NCBI GenBank assembly: GCA_963777605.1
Contig: CAVZRV010000007.1
Location: forward strand, 32,001-96,000
Direction of reading: 5' to 3'
From: an uncultured Acidobacteriota bacterium
GTDB lineage: Bacteria > Acidobacteriota > UBA6911 > RPQK01 > JAPXNP01
Length of the DNA: 64,000 nucleotides
Both the position numbers and the translations under genes were made by a program. Position 1 is the first letter of the stretch; each line of letters opens with the position of its first letter. Below, piece after piece: positions 60,091-64,000 of the stretch. The notes beneath the pieces were generated by a model. It saw nothing but the letters and a program-made list of their open reading frames with translations, searched no databases and was not told the origin of the DNA.

Positions 60091-60978
60091 TCAGTCCTTC
60101 TGCTCGTTCTTGAGGGTCTCGTACAGGTCCAGTGCCTGAGCCGGTTTCATGTCCTCGTGAACCACCGCGCGGATCGCCTGGATCATCCCCGAAGCGTAGT
60201 CTGCCTGGAAGATGTTCCGTCCCATATCGACACCCGCGGCTCCTTCCTGGACGGCATTGTAAGCCATCGTCAGGGCATCCAACTCGGGCAGTTTCTTGCC
60301 ACCCGCCATGACCAGGGGAACGGGGCAGGAGGCCGCCACCGTGTCGAATCCGTCGGGGACGTAGTAGGTCTTGACGAACTGGGCACCCAACTCGGCGCAG
60401 ATCCTGCACGCCAGTCTAAAATACTGGGCATCCCGCTTCATGTCCCTGCCGACAGCGGTGACGGCAAAGACAGGAATCCCATACCGAAGTCCCATGTCGA
60501 TCAGGCGGGTCATGTTGTGGATCGACTGACTCTCGTACTCCCCTCCAACAAAGACCTGGACTGCCATCGCCGCAACGTTCAGCCGGAGAGCATCTTCGAT
60601 GTCTACGGCGATCTGCTCGTTCGACAGTTCCTTGAGGATGCTCGGCCCACCACTCGACCGCAGAACCACCCCGCGGCCATAGGTAGGCGGGACAACGGAC
60701 CTCAAAACGCCACGAGTCAACATCAGTGCGTCGCAATACGGCAGCAGGGGAACGATGTTGACGTCAACTCGCTCCAGGCCGGTGGTCGGCCCCATGAAAT
60801 ATCCGTGATCGATCGCCAGCATCACGGTGCGCCCGCTGCGAGTGTCGAATATCTTCGAAAAGCGATTCTGCATCCCCCAGCCGACTGCATTGTTGCCTTT
60901 CACAAAGAACGGCTCGCTCCGTTGAGGGGTATCGAGGTGAAAGTCCTTTGCATCTCTGACGGTATCGGCATCTGCCAT
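60091..60978 (-). CDS. lsrF: 3-hydroxy-5-phosphonooxypentane-2,4-dione thiolase LsrF
   Basis: Closely follows E. coli LsrF as I recall it: [52 protein letters not shown]; SD AGGAG. Confidence 0.93.
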   Translation of the reverse strand: MADADTVRDAKDFHLDTPQRSEPFFVKGNNAVGWGMQNRFSKIFDTRSGRTVMLAIDHGYFMGPTTGLERVDVNIVPLLPYCDALMLTRGVLRSVVPPTYGRGVVLRSSGGPSILKELSNEQIAVDIEDALRLNVAAMAVQVFVGGEYESQSIHNMTRLIDMGLRYGIPVFAVTAVGRDMKRDAQYFRLACRICAELGAQFVKTYYVPDGFDTVAASCPVPLVMAGGKKLPELDALTMAYNAVQEGAAGVDMGRNIFQADYASGMIQAIRAVVHEDMKPAQALDLYETLKNEQKD

Positions 60979-61175
60979 GGTGTTCTCTCCTTCTTGCTCG
61001 AATTGAGGTGTGGGCGGTCGGATCATAACAACGGGCCCGGCTGCACGCAACTTGACTTCCGCCGTCCAACCCGCTGGAGTCGAATCGCAGCGGCGGCGCC
61101 TCCCCACACTGCCGCTGGCGGGTCCCGGCCGCGGCCCGAAACCCACTCCATCGGGACCGACTGTCCGTCCCTTCA

Positions 61176-61184
61176 TGCTATACT
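61176..61184 (+). promoter_or_regulatory. Extended -10 (TGCTATACT) for purF
   Basis: TGn-TATACT about 140 nt upstream of the purF TTG. Confidence 0.55.
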
Positions 61185-61325
61185 TTGCACTTGAATAGAG
61201 CGGTTCGACAACCACAAAAACGCTGGGTTCCTCCAGTGTCGTTTTACTCAGGCATCCCCGTTTATCCGGCCGGGCAGATGGAGTCAATGCCTGAATTACT
61301 GTTCTAGTTTCCAGGGGTAAAGCCA

Positions 61326-62750
61326 TTGTTCGAAGGCGACAAGTTCCATGACGAATGTGGGGTCTTCGGGATAGCCGCCCACCACGAGGCGGCACGACAT
61401 ACCTACCTGGGCCTGTATGGCCTGCAACACCGCGGACAGGAATCTGCCGGGATCGTCAGCAGCGATCAAAAGGTGCTTCATCGTTCCCGAGGGATGGGGT
61501 ACGTGGCCGATGTGTTCAAGGAAACCACGCTGGAGCGTTTGAAGGGGAATTACGCCATCGGGCACGTCCGCTACTCAACCTCCGGCGAGAGTGCCAACGT
61601 AAACGCCCAGCCCATTGTGACCGATTCATGGCGTGGTCCGATCGCCATCGCCCACAACGGGAACCTGGTGAATGCGGACGGTCTCCGTCATCGACTGGAA
61701 TCAGACGGGGCTATCTTCCAATCTACGTCAGACACCGAAGTGATCTTGCACCTGCTGGCGAGATCACACAAAGAGGACCTCGACTCGGCACTTGTGGATG
61801 CCTTGGGCTTCGTTCGAGGAGCGTATTCGCTTCTGATGCTGACGCCGCGGGCACTCTATGCGGTGCGTGACCCCTACGGCGTCCGCCCGCTGTGCCTGGG
61901 CAAGTTGAACGGCGCCTATGTCGTCGCGTCTGAAACCTGTGCCTTCGATCTGATTGGTGCCACTTACGTTCGGGACATCGTACCGGGAGAGATCTTGCGG
62001 ATCGAGGGTCCGAACCTGTCGTCGGTTCAGTTGCCTCCCGTTCCGATCCGGGCTCATTGCATCTTCGAGCACGTCTATTTCAGCCGCCCCGACAGCCTCG
62101 TCTTCGAACGAAGCGTTCATAAGAGTCGCCACGAAATGGGCCGCCGCTTGGCGGTGGAGTGCGGGGTTCCGGCCGACGTCGTGGTTCCCGTACCCGACTC
62201 GGGCGTCACTGCGGCCCTCGGCTATGCGGAAGAATCGGGAATCCCCTTCGATTTTGGGCTCATTCGCAACCACTACGTCGGCAGAACCTTCATCGAACCG
62301 AAGCAGTCGATCCGCCACTTCGGCGTCAAGATCAAGCTGAACCCGGTCAAGGAGATCCTGGACGGTCGGCGTGTCATCCTCATCGACGACTCCATCGTTC
62401 GGGGAACCACCAGCCGCAAGATCGTCGAGATGGTGCGCTCAGCCGGAGCCAGTGAAGTCCACCTCAGGATCAGTTCGCCTCCGACGGTCGGTCCCTGTCA
62501 TTACGGTATCGACACCCCGACTTGCTCGGAACTGATTGCGAACAACAAGACCATCAGGGAAATCGAGAAGTTCACGACGGCCGACACACTCGGCTACCTC
62601 TCGATAGAAGGTCTGCGCAAGGCCGTCGACGCCGACTCTGATTTCTGTGCTGCCTGTTTCGACCGCAACTACCTGATCCCGTTGCAGCCTTCAACCCAGC
62701 AGCGGGAACTGTTCACGATGGATGAACTCGAACGGGCTAAACAGTGTTGA
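61326..62750 (+). CDS. purF: Amidophosphoribosyltransferase (propeptide / Fe-S type)
   Basis: 10-aa propeptide then CGVFG; [28 protein letters not shown]; Fe-S Cys in CIFE, CHYG, CAAC. Confidence 0.98.
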   Translation: MFEGDKFHDECGVFGIAAHHEAARHTYLGLYGLQHRGQESAGIVSSDQKVLHRSRGMGYVADVFKETTLERLKGNYAIGHVRYSTSGESANVNAQPIVTDSWRGPIAIAHNGNLVNADGLRHRLESDGAIFQSTSDTEVILHLLARSHKEDLDSALVDALGFVRGAYSLLMLTPRALYAVRDPYGVRPLCLGKLNGAYVVASETCAFDLIGATYVRDIVPGEILRIEGPNLSSVQLPPVPIRAHCIFEHVYFSRPDSLVFERSVHKSRHEMGRRLAVECGVPADVVVPVPDSGVTAALGYAEESGIPFDFGLIRNHYVGRTFIEPKQSIRHFGVKIKLNPVKEILDGRRVILIDDSIVRGTTSRKIVEMVRSAGASEVHLRISSPPTVGPCHYGIDTPTCSELIANNKTIREIEKFTTADTLGYLSIEGLRKAVDADSDFCAACFDRNYLIPLQPSTQQRELFTMDELERAKQC

Positions 62751-62823
62751 AGGCTAGGCCAGCGGGCAGAACCCGGTCGACCCCTCCCCCGCGCCGGACC
62801 ATTCAGAGAGTGAAATTGTTTTC

Positions 62824-62942
62824 GAATCGGGAAGCGGGAATGACCCCCACACCGAAGAGAGATGGGCCGCGATCGCGTTGGAAGCACCCGGTTTTCGTCA
62901 TTCGACAACCATTCTCGATGCTCGCTTCTCGATTCCCGATTC
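62824..62942. repeat. Imperfect long inverted repeat built from 7-bp units between convergent purF and purN
   Basis: GAATCGGGAAGCGGGAA (62824) pairs with TTCTCGATTCCCGATTC (62926-62942) at 15/17; right arm is heptamers TTCTCGA TGCTCGC TTCTCGA TTCCCGA. Confidence 0.6.
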
Positions 62943-63003
62943 CTCCCCCGGTCTCCCGGCAGGTGGCTTCGGCCGCGGCGACAAGCTGGAAGCAGGCCCT
63001 ACC

Positions 63004-63621
63004 CTATGCTTCAGCCCCGGTCCTGACGCAGGTCCGTCCCTCGATCCGATAGCGTCCCTCGCAGACGATCTTGAGCGCAGCCGGATAGATCCGGTGTTCC
63101 TGCTCCAGGATACGGGCTGAAAGCCGATCTTCGTCGTCATCGTCCCGGACCTCGACCGCCTGCTGGATGATGATCGGACCGTGGTCGAGTTCTTCGTCCA
63201 CGAAGTGAACGGTGCAGCCGGTCACCTTGGCACCCCAGTCGAGCGCCTGCTTCTGGGCATGCAGGCCCGGGAACGAGGGCAGCAGCGAGGGATGGATATT
63301 GAGAATCCGCTGCCGGAACCGGCGAATAAAAAACGGACTGAGCAGTCGCATGAACCCGGCCAGGCAAACGAACTCCACTCCCGCATCCGTGAGCGCCTGC
63401 ACGACCGCTCGGTCGAACTCCTCCCGCTCCCGCCCTTTCGACGGGATAAAGCGGGCTTCGTAGCCACATTCACGGGCGTGCGCAAGGCCGGGGGCCGCTT
63501 CCCTGTTTGAAACGACCATCGCGATTCGGGCCGGGATCTCGCCACGCTCGATCGCGTCCGATATCGCCCGGAAATTTGATCCGCGACCACTCAGGAGGAT
63601 GCCGACCTGTTTAACGCTCAT
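63004..63621 (-). CDS. purN: Phosphoribosylglycinamide formyltransferase
   Basis: SGRGSN, LAGFMR, NIHPSLLP.FPG, GCTVHFV...D.GPII, EHRIY. Confidence 0.97.
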   Translation of the reverse strand: MSVKQVGILLSGRGSNFRAISDAIERGEIPARIAMVVSNREAAPGLAHARECGYEARFIPSKGREREEFDRAVVQALTDAGVEFVCLAGFMRLLSPFFIRRFRQRILNIHPSLLPSFPGLHAQKQALDWGAKVTGCTVHFVDEELDHGPIIIQQAVEVRDDDDEDRLSARILEQEHRIYPAALKIVCEGRYRIEGRTCVRTGAEA

Positions 63622-64000
63622 TCGTAAACCACCTTTCCGCCTCCGGGCCGGGTCCGGCCGATTTCGTAGCACTTCTGCCCACCGGCATCGAGAGAGTTCA
63701 GGACCGTCTCCGCGTTTTCAGGAGAAACGGCCAGGATCATCCCGATTCCCATGTTGAAGGTCCGGAACATCTCGGACTCATCCACGTTTCCACGAGCCTG
63801 GATGAACTGGAAGATCGGCAAAACATCCCACGTCCCCCGCCGAATCACCGCGTCCACACCCGAGGGCAGGACCCGATCCAGATTCTCCGTCATGCCTCCC
63901 CCGGTAATGTGGGCGATCGCATTGAGGAGGCCACCCTCAATCAGGGGTTTGACAACGCCCAGGTAGTTCCGGTGAGGTTCCAGCAGTTCCTCACCGACCG
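63618..64000 (-). CDS. purM: AIR synthetase PurM (3' part; runs off window end)
   Basis: AHITGGG..ENL.R, EMFRTFNMGIGM. Confidence 0.95.
   Translation of the reverse strand, partial: VGEELLEPHRNYLGVVKPLIEGGLLNAIAHITGGGMTENLDRVLPSGVDAVIRRGTWDVLPIFQFIQARGNVDESEMFRTFNMGIGMILAVSPENAETVLNSLDAGGQKCYEIGRTRPGGGKVVYE

Noticed and set aside
58174-61194. Long + strand ORFs (529 aa at 58174-59763; 442 aa at 59866-61194)
   Set aside because: Antisense shadows of well-supported genes in high-GC DNA; no recognisable motifs.
61195-61225. GGTTCGAC resembling a tRNA T-loop
   Set aside because: No cloverleaf, acceptor stem or anticodon arm.
61204-62911. 11-bp direct repeat TTCGACAACCA on both sides of purF
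   Set aside because: No recombinase or transposase and a core gene inside; one short match is insufficient for a mobile element.
1-64000. CRISPR arrays, prophage, IS elements, defence systems, rRNA/tRNA, selenocysteine read-through
   Set aside because: No repeat-spacer periodicity, integrase, transposase, phage or defence proteins, RNA gene signatures or TGA-interrupted conserved genes found by eye; a short divergent RNA could have been missed.

Overview
GC-rich (about 60% by eye), gene-dense core-chromosome window. The gene complement suggests Acidobacteriota (inference): TamB with a very long multi-POTRA Omp85, a split F0 operon with an N-terminally extended c subunit, and CxxxY-type CcmE. 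It is almost all housekeeping: ccmEF-x-AB, atpZIBE, galE/uxs, aroA, uvrB, clpB, LysM transglycosylase, sugar dehydrogenase plus multiheme cytochrome, grpE, yebC-ruvC, truA, uppS-cdsA-dxr-rseP, rsbW/V-like pair, tamB-omp85-surA-N, dtd/lexA, ECF sigma module, rhaI-aroE-aroK, rimO-yacG-pgpA-cinA-thpR-hldE, ruvAB-moxR-DUF58-transglutaminase, lsrF-epimerase-aldolase/SDR, purF and purMN. I saw no rRNA, tRNA, CRISPR array, integrase or transposase. The best leads are: (1) the lexA locus, with two TTCAC-N6-TTCAC boxes on a sigma70 promoter, an unlisted 58-aa ORF coupled to lexA, and a dense cluster of DnaA-box-like 9-mers right after it; (2) an lsrF operon lacking lsrK/lsrG; (3) a basic two-domain winged-helix protein with a palindromic upstream site; (4) apparently leaderless promoters at several genes; (5) a structured purF leader. 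rseP and pgpA carry frameshifts that look like sequencing errors. All calls come from reading motifs by eye; no database searches were run.
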